Shown here: positions 14,366 to 25,512 of the stretch, one piece after another
Numbering within the stretch: the stretch's first letter is position 1
Layout of the letters: the number at the start of each line of letters is the position of its first letter
NCBI GenBank assembly: GCA_973895155.1
Contig: OZ316892.1
Coordinates: 26,621,233 to 26,685,232 of the forward strand
Direction: 5' to 3'
Source of the DNA: Marsupella aquatica
Taxonomy: Eukaryota > Plantae > Marchantiophyta
DNA: 64,000 nt
Made by a program: the position numbers and the translations under genes
The notes under the pieces: generated by a model
The model's input: only the letters and a program-made list of their open reading frames with translations
Database searches by the model: none
What the model was told of the DNA's origin: nothing

Positions 14366-15521
14366 AATCTTCCAATCCACCTCTCTTCAATTAGGGTCCC
14401 TCCTACCGAAGAAGCTGCTGATGCTGTTCCTGTTCCTTCTGCTCCTGTCCTGCATGGATCTCTACTCCTCCCTCTTCTCCTAGTAAGTTTGCTTCATCCA
14501 GAGCCACGCGCAACCCACCACTATCACGATTCCGGCAATATCAAGATCGAAGGCAAAGGCAATCCTCGCCAAATCTCGTGCCCGGATAGATCGATAACCT
14601 ATCAGCCGACAAGTCCGCCTCTCGCCTTCATCGATTGGTCATACAGAGCAAGCTCAAGATGCGACCAAGTGCACAGATCTGTCCTCACACAGACAAACGC
14701 CCCTCCCTTTCCACGCCAAATCTTCAAACTCCGCTTTCGATCGATCCACCACAGATGATTCCCACACAATGAATCAACAAGCCGGCACGGAAGCTAACCA
14801 GAGTCCAAGACAGTGTCCGAAGTCCCAAGTGTCCAAAGTCCAGACACGGGAGAGGCGGCCGCAGCACCACTCCGCTACTCGTTAGTCGTAGGACACACCT
14901 CGCCTAAAATTAGGCCCCGCGAACCCGCGACGGTGTTGCCAGACACAGCTCCAGCAGACCACGACACAACAATAATGAAGCTCCACGTCAAGAAGTCTAA
15001 TAAAGGCCAATCGATCTCCAGAAACCCACAAACAATCCTGCAAGCTGCAAAAAGTCCTAGTCCGTCGCGCGTCTCCAGATCTACAGGTCAATCGATCTCC
15101 GAACTCCAAACCTACACGCAATCCAGCACGTCACAGGCAACACTGCGTACATCATTCCGCCATTCGAAACTCCTGCGTCATGCGATTCAAGGCTACTGAA
15201 CGTCGAGACGCCTCACTCGCTGGGTCAACACAAATCAGATCGAAGTATGAAACCAAACTACTCTCCTAGAACAGACGAACGAGAAGAGAAGAGAGGGAAC
15301 CGAAGAAACCTGAACAACGACTTGCAATGTAGAATTGATCATCGATCTCTCGACTCCATTTCTCGATCTATCGACTGACAGACAGAGAAATGATGCAGAG
15401 CTTTTGGTGCTTGCTCAGGAAATTGGTCATCTACACGAGAAGAGGAAAAAACACACAAGCGAAAAAGTTACCCCACTGTAGCGCCATGGAACCCGCATGA
15501 CGCGTGCTCATGGGAAGTAAA

Positions 15522-15775
15522 CTAACCTTGGTTAGAGTTGATGCGGTCAGGTTTGCACTACACTACAGAACAGTCAGTCTAACCTTTTGGTTAGAGTTGT
15601 CAGGTTTGCATTACAGAACAGTCAGTCTAACCTTTGGTTAGAGTGGTCAGGTTTGCACTACAGAACAGTCAGTCTAACCTTTGGTTAGAGTTGTCCGTTT
15701 TGCACTACAGAACAGTCAGTCTAACCTTGGTTAGAGTTGATGCGGTCAGGTTTGCACTACAGAACAGTCAGTCTA
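15522..15775. repeat. Minisatellite, 5 units of ~47-57 bp, each with a ctaacc-(t)n-ggttag palindrome
   Basis: Units ctaacc(t)nggttagagt...tttgcactacagaacagtcagt repeated head to tail upstream of the ELMO gene. Confidence 0.9.
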
Positions 15776-15961
15776 CGTGTCTAAGTACAGGTTCCCTGGA
15801 AGACACCCCAAAGCTGCACTTATCCATGGTATGCACCATATCACAAGTGCATGGGCATCAGTTATGCACTTATTCAAATGTGCATGTTGCATTTTCTAAA
15901 AAAGTGCATGTGAAATGGCAAACTCTCTGACTAACTTAAGCAAGTGTCTTGTCCAGTCATG

Positions 15962-16040
15962 CCCTGAATCCTCATAGTGCACTCCTCGTCTCCTGAATCC
16001 TCATAGTGCACTCCTCGTCTCCTGAATCCTCATAGTGCAC
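15962..16040. repeat. ~29-bp tandem repeat, about 2.7 copies
   Basis: cctgaatcctcatagtgcactcctcgtct repeated. Confidence 0.9.
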
Positions 16041-17673
16041 GATTTGGCCTGGATAAGTGCATGAAACTACCATGTGTAATTGTCTGTTGCACTTATCAAC
16101 AAATGCTTCTAACATAGGTGTTAAAATAATTGATCAATTGGTGTCCACTTCACTTACAAACCGTGCATGTTTTGGGTACATTTACAAAGAAACATGTTGT
16201 AATATTAGGGGACTACGTGACCCACCTGCAGCTACCCACAGAATGCACTTATACACGGTAGACTGCATACAGAGGCCTCATTCACAGGAGAAAAATAGAA
16301 TCCATGAGAGTGACAAACTCAAGTGATGGTCCAGATCAGGGACTGGATGGTACTGGGAAGCTGGAGGACTAAATAAATTAAATCTTATTTGGAAGGAAAT
16401 TAGAGCCCTCGCTTGTAGGGCTAGAGCATAGTCACCCTTGCAGTACACCCGAGTCAGGTTAGGTCAGGTAAATAGCTTCCTGGCTTCTGCTGTCAGCTTG
16501 TTCCCACATTCCGCAGCCATGATTAAAGTGGCCGTCACAGCCTATAAACCCCCCCACCCCCCAGACCTCGGTTATCCTAACTTATGGGAGGGTTGTGTTG
16601 GGTCAGGACAGGGGGCAGGGCCTGGTCTGAGGGTCTCATGTGTGTGCTTGTTCTTGAGGCACCAAACAGCGAGTGATGGTTCATGCGATGGTAGACATTA
16701 TATGTTTGAAACACAAGTAAGTTGCTTGAAATTCACAGTCATGAGTTTGGGTTTCATGGGATAAGGGAAGACCTGACCCTAAAGCAATGGCTGCAATTTG
16801 GAGATGAGCAAACCAAATGCTCAAATGATGATGTTGCTGAGCTACCAGAGACTATCTGCATTATTTGTTTTGCTATTTTCACTCTTCAAATTTAGGGAAG
16901 AAACATGTTCCCAAGAATTTTGCCAGATCGAACACCTCTTCGAGATATCAGCAAAGTAGGAAAAATGTTGAGTTGACTAACTCATGCCTGGGACTCATGA
17001 TAAACATCTTGAACTAAAATTTTCATTACATTGACTAGGAGTAAGACATTAAACTTTAAGGGCTGTCAACCAAAGTAGGGTGAAAAAAATGGATTCAAAG
17101 TTGACACCCCAAATATTTGGTCCTCAGCCCCATAGCTCACTTTTCAGACTGCAAGGGTCCTTACTTTGTGGTGGGCAGTTTTTGGGCCCCAGGTGGCGAG
17201 GTCATGTTGCTTTTTGTCCTTTTTTCTTTGTCGATGCTAACTTGACTCCTTGAAAATTAGCAAGATTAGAGGAACCTACAAGTTTCTATTTATACACTAG
17301 GTCACTTCCGTTTACAACAATGTGCCTGCAATGTTCTACAGGTACATTAGTTGATAATTCAGATTGTATACTAGTTGCCTTTGGTGCTGGCCCTTCGGTT
17401 ACTTAGTTCTCCTGAGGATCTCCCACCTTTGGCTGGTTTCCCTCCTTTGGCCTGCTCTGTCGTGACATATAGTATCGTAGCCATGTAGTGTATCAAAAAC
17501 ATACAAGTCACCGGCAATGCATATGTGCAAGTTGCTAGCAACCAACATGCATAGAAAAAGTCCAATCACATTCACAAGTGCCAAGAAAAAACAACTGAGG
17601 TGGTATGTACGGAGTGGAGGTGTAAACCTCTGTATCCCCCCAGACCACAGCCAAAAGGAGGGCTGAAGAAAAG

Positions 17674-17830
17674 TCAGGTAGCACGTGGAGCACAGGAAGG
17701 GCAAAACCATAACCCTTCTGGCACCTGGGTAAGTTTAGGCCGAAGGCAGAAAAGATGGTACCCTCCATTACAATTATCACATAGCAGCATCTGGTCAACA
17801 TCATCAATTCGCAAACACACTTTGCAAGGG
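17674..17830 (-). pseudogene. PHD finger at the C-terminus of the retrotransposon Pol
   Basis: CKVC...LLCDNCNGGYHLFCLRPKLTQVPEGLWFCPSC matches the C4-H-C3 PHD pattern with the conserved W. Confidence 0.92.
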
Positions 17831-18055
17831 TAGTCCACAGGTGGAATCCAGGTAGAAGTCACAATGGTGGGATCCAGGTTGGGCAGATGACAAGGGGCGC
17901 AATTCTTGGCATTGTCAGCAATTGTGCGCCCATCTGCCCCTTGCAACTCTAGCACTCCAGACGGTCGAATAGCCTTAACCCTGAGAATGGTACGACTGGT
18001 AGAGGTGTCCAGGGTGTCGTTAGCTTGCCACTGCTAGTACACAAAATCTCCCACA

Positions 18056-19132
18056 TCAAACTTCCTGACCTTGGGCTGAAAAGTGCCCCCTCATGTGTGT
18101 GCATAACGCAGTGTGTCCAGGGCTGTGTTGTGCAATGGCCAAATTCTCCATGGCCATGGACATAACCCTCCTAAATAGGGCAGCCCTCTCAGAGATCACA
18201 TCAGACCAAGTCACAGCTGAATCCAAGTCCACCACCTGAAGCATGTGAGCAGCAATAGCAGAAGGTGGAACTGGGTGACGACCAAACAACAAGAAGTAGG
18301 GAGAAAAGTTAGATAGTGATGCATGTCTGGACATCCTATACCCCATGGCAATGTAGGGTAAGGCCAAGTCCCAATCCTCCTTGTTTTTGGTGAGGCAAAT
18401 CTTCCAGAGACCCTTCTTGCATGTCTGAACCATGCGCTCTGCCAAACCATCTGCCTATGGGTGATCTCGTGATGTCCGGCGATGATCAATGAGGGCCTGA
18501 TCAAGCAGCTCCTGGAACTCTCCTCTAAACTTTGAGCCCTGGTCAGTGAGACATTCTGCACAAGCTCCAAAGCGGCTGAGAACTTGTTGCAAGAATGCCT
18601 GGCTGGTGCTACGGGAGGTCTTATCCGGCAATGCCACAAGTTCTATCCACTTGGAGAAATGCTCTATCATGATCATGATGTAGAGATTACCCCGAGATGT
18701 GAGGGGTAATTCTCCAGCCAAATCACATGACCAACGATAAAACATGCCCTGAATAGGGAGTGGATGAGGTGTGGGTTGCCGAGACGTGAAAGAAGTCCTT
18801 ACCCTATCACACTGCTCACACTGGGCAATAACATCTTGAACTTGGCCATGCATGCCTCTCCAATGATAATGAGGGACCAAGAGGCTGTAAGTCCTCTTAA
18901 CGCCAAAATGACCAAGCTCAGAATGTACCTTACGAATAAGGCCAACCCTCTCATGAATGGGTGGAACCACCAGTTCCCTGTCTGGCAAGCAGCGCACGAG
19001 ATGATCTCCCTTCCACAAGTAGCGCTTGGACCTTTGCTGAATTCGGTCTCTCTGGGCAGCAGTAACATGTGTGGGGTACTCCCCATGCTGCAAAAATCTC
19101 AGAGTGTCGTTGTCCTCCCATATGTCCACCAC
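18056..19132 (-). pseudogene. Retroviral-type integrase (HHCC zinc finger + DDE core)
   Basis: HSELGHFG...CEQC; WSCDLAG; CLTDQG; AERMVQTCKKGL; in-frame stop near 18455. Confidence 0.93.
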
Positions 19133-19249
19133 AGATTGGTCAACAACATAGCATGCAGCAAAGCAAGATAGGTCGATGCATGAAATGTAGGTAGGATGGA
19201 AACCTGGTCAAAATCTTGCCGTGCATCTGAGGAATCATCAGAGGTAATC

Positions 19250-19620
19250 AAAGGGTTGCGGGACATAGTGTCAGCATTCTGATGTGTCAAACCAGGCCTA
19301 TGAATTACCTCAAAGTCATACTCCTGGAGGATGAGTGCCCAACAAGCAAGCTTGCCAGTAAGCTTGTCGTTAGTCATCAACCACTTCAAGGGCTGGTGGT
19401 CAGTGTAGAGAGTAAACCTGGTCCCATAGAGGTAGGGCCTGTAATGTATGACAGCCCACACAACAGCAAGGCATTCACCTTCATAAGAAGAATAATGACT
19501 CTCTGCCTGATTGTTGCTCTTGGATGCATAGGCAATGACGTACTCTTTACCTTCCTCATCATGCTGGCCCAGAATGGCACCAATCCCAAGGGCACTCCAA
19601 TCTGTGTGTAGCACAAAGAC
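19250..19620 (-). pseudogene. Ty3/Gypsy RNase H
   Basis: LHTDWSALGIGAILGQ...YEGECLAVVWAV...YTDHQPLKWL...NADTMSR. Confidence 0.93.
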
Positions 19621-19859
19621 CGTGCTGAAATTCTCAGCACCGGGTATTCTGAGAGCTTCTCCTTCAAAGTGGCAAATGCTGCCTCAGCATCTGTACTCCA
19701 TGTCCAAGTCACATTCTTTTTCAACAAAGCATACAATGGGTGTGCAATGGTACTGAAATCTTTGATGTAGATCCGATAGTAATTGCACAACCCAATAAAA
19801 CTCCTCAAAGTGTGAACATCAGTAGGAGTGGGCATTTCCAAGATGGATACCACCTTGGC

Positions 19860-20602
19860 CTAGTGAGCCATGGTTCCATTTGGAAGAATGCGATGCCCAA
19901 GATATACTACTGATCTGACAGCAAATTCACACTTCTTGGGGTGTATCTTTAGGTTCACCTTCTTAAGCCTCATGAATAGCTCCTCAAGGTCAAGTAGATG
20001 CTGGTCAAATCCTTTGCTGTGGACCAACACATCATCAATGTAGCATTCAGAAACTTAGCACCTTGAAGAACCTGGTCCATGACTCTTTGAAAGAATATGG
20101 GCGCATTCTTCAAGCCAAATGGCATCACCAACCACTCCCATAGTTGGTTACTACCATGGAAAGCTGTTTTCTTGCGATCCTTTGCAAGCAGCAAAATCTG
20201 GTTGAAGCCTTGCCTTAGATCCACAAGAGTGAAGATGTCTGAGTCTCCAATGCTGTCAAATAGCTCCTATGGCCGTGGCATGGGGTACCTGTCCTGGGGT
20301 GTGACCAAGTTCAGTGGCCTGTAGTCCCCACACATGCGCTTCTCTGTCCACAATCCACTCGAATCCTTCTTTGCTGGCATCATTGTAGCTGCTGCAAAAT
20401 CTGATGTAGATGGCTGAATAAGACCAGCTTCATAGAGCTCTTGGCACCTCTCATCCACCAGCTGCCACTCATGCTTACTCAAATGGTGTCTTCGCCTGAA
20501 GATAGGTGTTTCATCAGCCAACTCAATGGAGAACTGCATAGTCTTGCACTTACCCAAGTCCTTCATAGAGAAAGCAAACACGTTCTCATGCTTGAGGAGC
20601 AA
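19860..20602 (-). pseudogene. Ty3/Gypsy reverse transcriptase
   Basis: RMCGDYRPLNLVT, DLRQGFNQI, KTAF, MPFGLKNAP and (after a frameshift) CYIDDVLVH at ~20020-20045. Confidence 0.94.
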
Positions 20603-21029
20603 ATTCTGCAGCTGGTACGTCCTTCTATCTTTTACTCAGGTGGTTGCCCATGATGAATGTGTAGTTGGCAACACTAGGAACAGGACCTGATGTACTCGTG
20701 CTAAGTGAAGAGCCAGAAGTGCCAGCCTCTCCACTATCCAAGCTGCTAGCATGCTGCTGATAAGGTGATGAGGCCTCTCCAAGGCCTATTGTACCTGCTG
20801 ATCTGAGTTGGTCCACACCATATATGAAACTCAGAAATATTGTCAGCCACGTTACAAGGGACCTCCTCCCCCCCAACACTTGGACTGAAGCGGTGAGTGT
20901 TGAATAGAGGTAAGTGCACCTGGTCTGGATGCCATGTAGCAACACCATGGAGTGGGAGAGTTGGAACTCCAGATGCTGGATGAATGTACATCTGAAAAAG
21001 GATGCAAGTGACCAGAAGCCAAGTGAGAG

Positions 21030-21955
21030 CATTAAGATCCATTACCCTACCAAGTAAAGCATTCCTGGCCAGTCTGGTGATCTTGGTGTGACCTGTAGTA
21101 CCGGATTGGAAGCCCATAGCCCGTTCTCTCTCCTCAGGACTAGGTTCATCCCATGTACCGGTAGAATGTCGATAAACCAGGCCAGGACCATCACCCTGAA
21201 AGGCATGTGCACCTGGAAAGGATACAAATATAGGCCAAGCAGCACGGGGCTGTCCAATGGTATTGGCTGGATACCAAGGTGCTGGCTCTTGCCAGGTAAC
21301 TGGTTGGCAAGAACTGTCAGGATCCAAAATCTGGTCCACTATGAGGTTAGTATCCCTGGATGTGTGGTGAAGAGCTAACTCCAGCAAGGAAGGTGGTGCA
21401 AGGTTAGTCCAAAAGTTACGAAGACGATGATTGTGCATAAGAACCACAGTGCACTGCATCAATGAGAAGGGGTGGTCCCAAGTAGTGCTGGACCACACTG
21501 AAATCCTCTTTGACCTGTGGACGCTGGTCAAACTGAGATGGAGTATTCTCAACATTTGATATAACCAACAGCAGGATAAAGGGATTGAGCCTAGGTGAGA
21601 ATCTGACCCAATGCGGCCAGAACGAGAATCATGCAGTCCTGCACCATGACCAGCAGCTGAAAACCCTTGGCATTCCCAACCAGCTATGATCAAATCAAGG
21701 GAGCCAAGAAGGGTTAAGTGCCGGTGCTGGACAACTGGATATCTGGAGGAAAGAAAGAAAATGCAGACTTCCATGCACTGTGTGGAAACTGCTGGGGAAA
21801 TCGCTCTGAAAATTCCAGTAGACGGGATTCAGCCACTTGCCTTGCACTTGGATCAATGTCCACGTAGATGTACTGCTTCACCACCATGCCGGACTGTAGG
21901 AGAGCTTCCAGGCCTGTAGAAATGCCACCAAAAAGCTCAAGCAATGTAAGGCCAT
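21030..21955 (-). pseudogene. C5 cytosine DNA methyltransferase domain (DNMT3/Dcm-like), frameshifted
   Basis: Motifs in canonical order: I LLELFGGISTG; II YVDID; IV DLIIAGWECQGFSAAG; VI VENT (alternate frame, ~21543-21554); VIII DAVHCGSYA/HRLRNFWTNL; IX PEERERAMGF; X RNALLGRVMD. Confidence 0.88.
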
Positions 21956-22937
21956 CCGGAGGAGGAGTCCATGTAACTGGTGCGCTCCAGATTGGGGCTA
22001 TTGGTTGTCCATTGTGCTGCCCAAGGTCCTCAAATTTGCGCAATGCAGCCACCAAAGGTCCATGGGCTGCTTGGAGCCGTTGTACCACCTCTGGTTGACG
22101 ATCCACGTTGATGATAGTCAAGAAAGATGGAGCAGCATGACCAGAGTCCAGTGTAGCTCTAGTCACACAATGCTGCAGCAATACTGTCATCTCTACCACT
22201 GGAAATTGATACTGGGATAGCCAAACCAATGGAAGCATGTAATGGAGAAGAAGAAGGTCCAGTATGTACATGAGATTGGACCTCCAAAACCGATGTCACA
22301 GGGGCTGATGAAGAATGAAGTGAGCCCTCTAGCGCTCTGATGACAGCTCTAGCATCCAGTTGTAAATCATGGCAACTAAAAAGTGGAGTTGTAAGAATCC
22401 TTTGTGCCATACCGGGGGAGACAAGCTCAAGCAGCTCAGGAGAAACAACTCCCTGTAAATGTCAGCAGCACCTGGTGGTGGAATGGATGTAGCTGCAGCT
22501 CCCTCCCCTCTCACCAACAAGGTGCGCTCTTCAGCAAGTGTGAGTGGCTGAAAAGATTGGGGCATGATAGCCCGAGCTCCCCTGGCTCTAGTCATAGGAC
22601 CGGCAGCAAGACCATCAGCCTGTACAATGCAGCGTGTGGGAGCAATACGGGAGGCAGCACTGGTCTGCTGGTAAGCAAAATAGGAAGGACAGAATGAATC
22701 TGAAAATTCTACTGTAAGGCCAGGCTGTGTAGCAGAGGACAACACACACTCACCCATATGAGCATCAAATGGCAAGCCATAGAAAGAGCGGGGTAGAGAT
22801 GCTGAACTGTCAGTGGTGCCTGGGCCAGGGATGGGTTGCACGTGACCAGCCGGTTGAGAAGGACCAGCAGAGGCAGGTGACTTGCCTTTGATGTTGGCAA
22901 GTTGGGCACGCAGGGACTCAACCTCATGAGTCAGAGA

Positions 22938-24310
22938 CTAGAGTTGAGTTGCCTGGGCATTGTGAGCCTCCTTCTGAGCTGGTTGCTTCTGTTGCTGCTT
23001 GGGCAATTTGTTGGCATTGGGTGCTTTGCCACTGGAAGGAGGAGCAACTGATGCAGTAGGAGCCCTCCTAGCTGGTGGGGGAGTGAAAATAGGAGCAGGA
23101 TGAGGGGCCTGCTGTTGTTGCTGCTTCCTCTTTGGGAATTTGGCAAAACAAACTGCCTCCAAGTGACCCACTTTTCCGCAAAAATCACAAGACAGGTCCT
23201 CACCAACAATATCACATTCATTAGCCTTGTGATTGGGGTTACCACAATAATTGCAAGATGGCAGCATGAAAGCAGCATGGGCTGGCTTGGTCTTGGAACC
23301 ATACTGTGGCACACGGGAAGGGGTGGCCAGTGTAGGGGCAGCAGCTTGGTACCTGGATTGCGGTGGATGCGCAATACTGGCCTCATAATGTGCATGGGCC
23401 AACTCAAGTTTTTCAGCAGTGTCATAGACATTGAGCAGGGTGTAGCTATCTCCAAACTCTGAGAATACTTGTTGCAACACTTGCGAATGGAGAGCTGGTG
23501 TGCCCTCCAATGCGCGAAGATAGCGATGAGCAGCTTCCAGGTCAGTGATACTCTGGGTGTCCTCCTTCAACTTGAGAAGCCGACGATACATCATCTTTAA
23601 GGTTTCATCGCGCTGCCTCACAAAGGTGGCCAACTGCATGATTTTGTCAACACTCTTGATTGGGAATTCCAATTCAAGAACCTGGAAAAACTTAGCCACT
23701 AGATCAGCAAAGGCAGGAGAATCAATGGTGGGAGAAATGCCTGATGTAGCCTGTGCCAAGACAGTGGGAGTAATTGGTGCAGTGGTAGGAACTGGAGTAG
23801 GAGGGGAAGTGGCAGGAGCAACAGCATGGGCTGCAATGGCATTCTGTAAGGCCAATTGTGAGGCTGCCACAATTGCACTGGCATAGGTAGGGTTAGGCAA
23901 TTGTGTGACAGCAAGCAGCCATTGAGAATGCTGCTCATACAATCCAAAGCCTCATGGTGCAATACCTGGCTAGCTGTTGCAAAAGCATTTGTGAAATTGC
24001 TGCCATACTTCAATTCCAATTCGTAAACGACAGTGTAGAAAGTGGATTTGAACTCACGTAAAGAGACAATGCCTGGCCGCCCGCTGAAGCGCTCAATGCG
24101 GCCAGATGAGTGGCTGGCATCCATGCTGTATGTCGGTGAAGCAGGAACAACCACTAATGCAGAAGGGGTAAATGGCAATGAAGTGATAGCAGGCTTCGGA
24201 GTAGTGGTGAAGCGACCGCCAAATGTAGCAGGAGGATTGCGTGGTGTGGGTGCTGCTGCTGTCTGTGGACATCGTCGAAATTTCCGAGACTCCAATGAAA
24301 TTGGCACCAA
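22938..24310 (-). pseudogene. Gag with two CCHC zinc knuckles (frameshift near 23945)
   Basis: Capsid-like IERFSG...LREFKSTF and RQRDETLKMMYRRLLKL; CNYCGNPNHKANEC and CDFCGKVGHLEAVC. Confidence 0.85.
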
Positions 24311-25184
24311 TGGTCATGGATCACTCCGTAAATGGTACCTGGGTGTCTTTGGCGATGTGCTGCTACAACTTGGCTCCTCTGTTGACATGCTGCATGCTCA
24401 CTCGGGGTGCCTAAATAAAAAATGTCCCCCTTCTAGGTGGTACGAGGTGCCAATGGGAAAGAAACTGACAAGAAAAATGAGTGGTAGCCCCAAGGCTAGG
24501 AATAAAACCCACAGTGCGAGGCAGAAATGTGTAGACCGGCCCTGCCGAAAATATACTCACAAAAAAATGAATGGAAAGAAAACAAGAGGAAACGGTGAAA
24601 AGGGTTCTCCGTTATGCGTATACACAGGGGTCTGTGTATACACATAAAGGGCACCGGTCGGTGCCCAATGTGGATACATCATCGGGATCCCTGGAAGAAA
24701 AAGAGGCCGGAAAGAAGCAGGTGTATGCACACTCGGGAGGCACGGTACCCTATGCTGCAAGGCACGGCGAGGCGAGGCTCGGTGACAACTTAATGGCTAG
24801 GGCCTGCATAGGGCTTCGTGCCCCACTATGAGCTCCCGAAAAGATGGGGCTACAAGCTCCCCCTATCCCCCTTTTGAGCCTTGTGCCCTGGCAGCGAGTG
24901 ACTCCCTAGAGAGGAGTCGAGTGTACTCCCGTGTGAGGGAGTTCGAATTGAACTTCCCTCCCCTCCTTTAATGCAGCTTGGGCCTTGTGCCCTCTCCTGG
25001 CACTCTCGCTCCCCCTCCTGGCCTCCTTTTATTGCAGCATAGGGCCTCGTGCCCACTCCTTACGCTCCTGCTCCCCTCCTCCTGGCTTTAATGCTGCTGA
25101 AGGGCTTCATGCCCTGCAAGAGAACTCCCGAAAGGAGTCTACGTTTACTCCCCCCCTCTTCAATGCTGATAGTGGGCTCCGTGC

Positions 25185-25512
25185 CTCGGGGGGGTCACTT
25201 CCACGGAAGTGACACATCACGTGCGACGAAGTATAGGCCCATTTAAATGGGTGTGACGGAAGACTCCCAAAGTTTGGTGGAAGAACACATAGGGCATGTT
25301 TTATTGATTGGTCGACTTTAAAGAACACATAGGCCTATTTAATTGCAAAAAATACTTTCTATAAAGTTTTTAGGGGTTTTTTAATAAAAAATGACAAAAT
25401 TTTAAGAAAGAAAGGGCTTTGCAAAAAAATATTTTTCACTTTAAAGTTAGGGGGGTCAAACCCTAAAACGTCGCACGCGATGTATGACCCTCCATATAGT
25501 GACCCCCCCGAG
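25185..25512. mobile_element. Non-autonomous DNA transposon (MITE), 15-bp TIR CTCGGGGGGGTCACT, 8-bp TSD ctccgtgc
   Basis: Perfect TIRs. TSD at 25177-25184 and 25513-25520. AT-rich core. Inserted in the retrotransposon 5' region. Confidence 0.92.

Noticed and set aside
15522-15775. CRISPR-like array of palindromic repeats
   Set aside because: The sequence between palindromes is itself repeated (no unique spacers), there are no cas genes, and the context is eukaryotic.
21030-21955. Host DNMT3/DRM/CMT gene or bacterial restriction-modification contamination
   Set aside because: It is intronless, embedded between Gag and RT on the same strand and decayed like them, with no host regulatory domains or restriction gene nearby.
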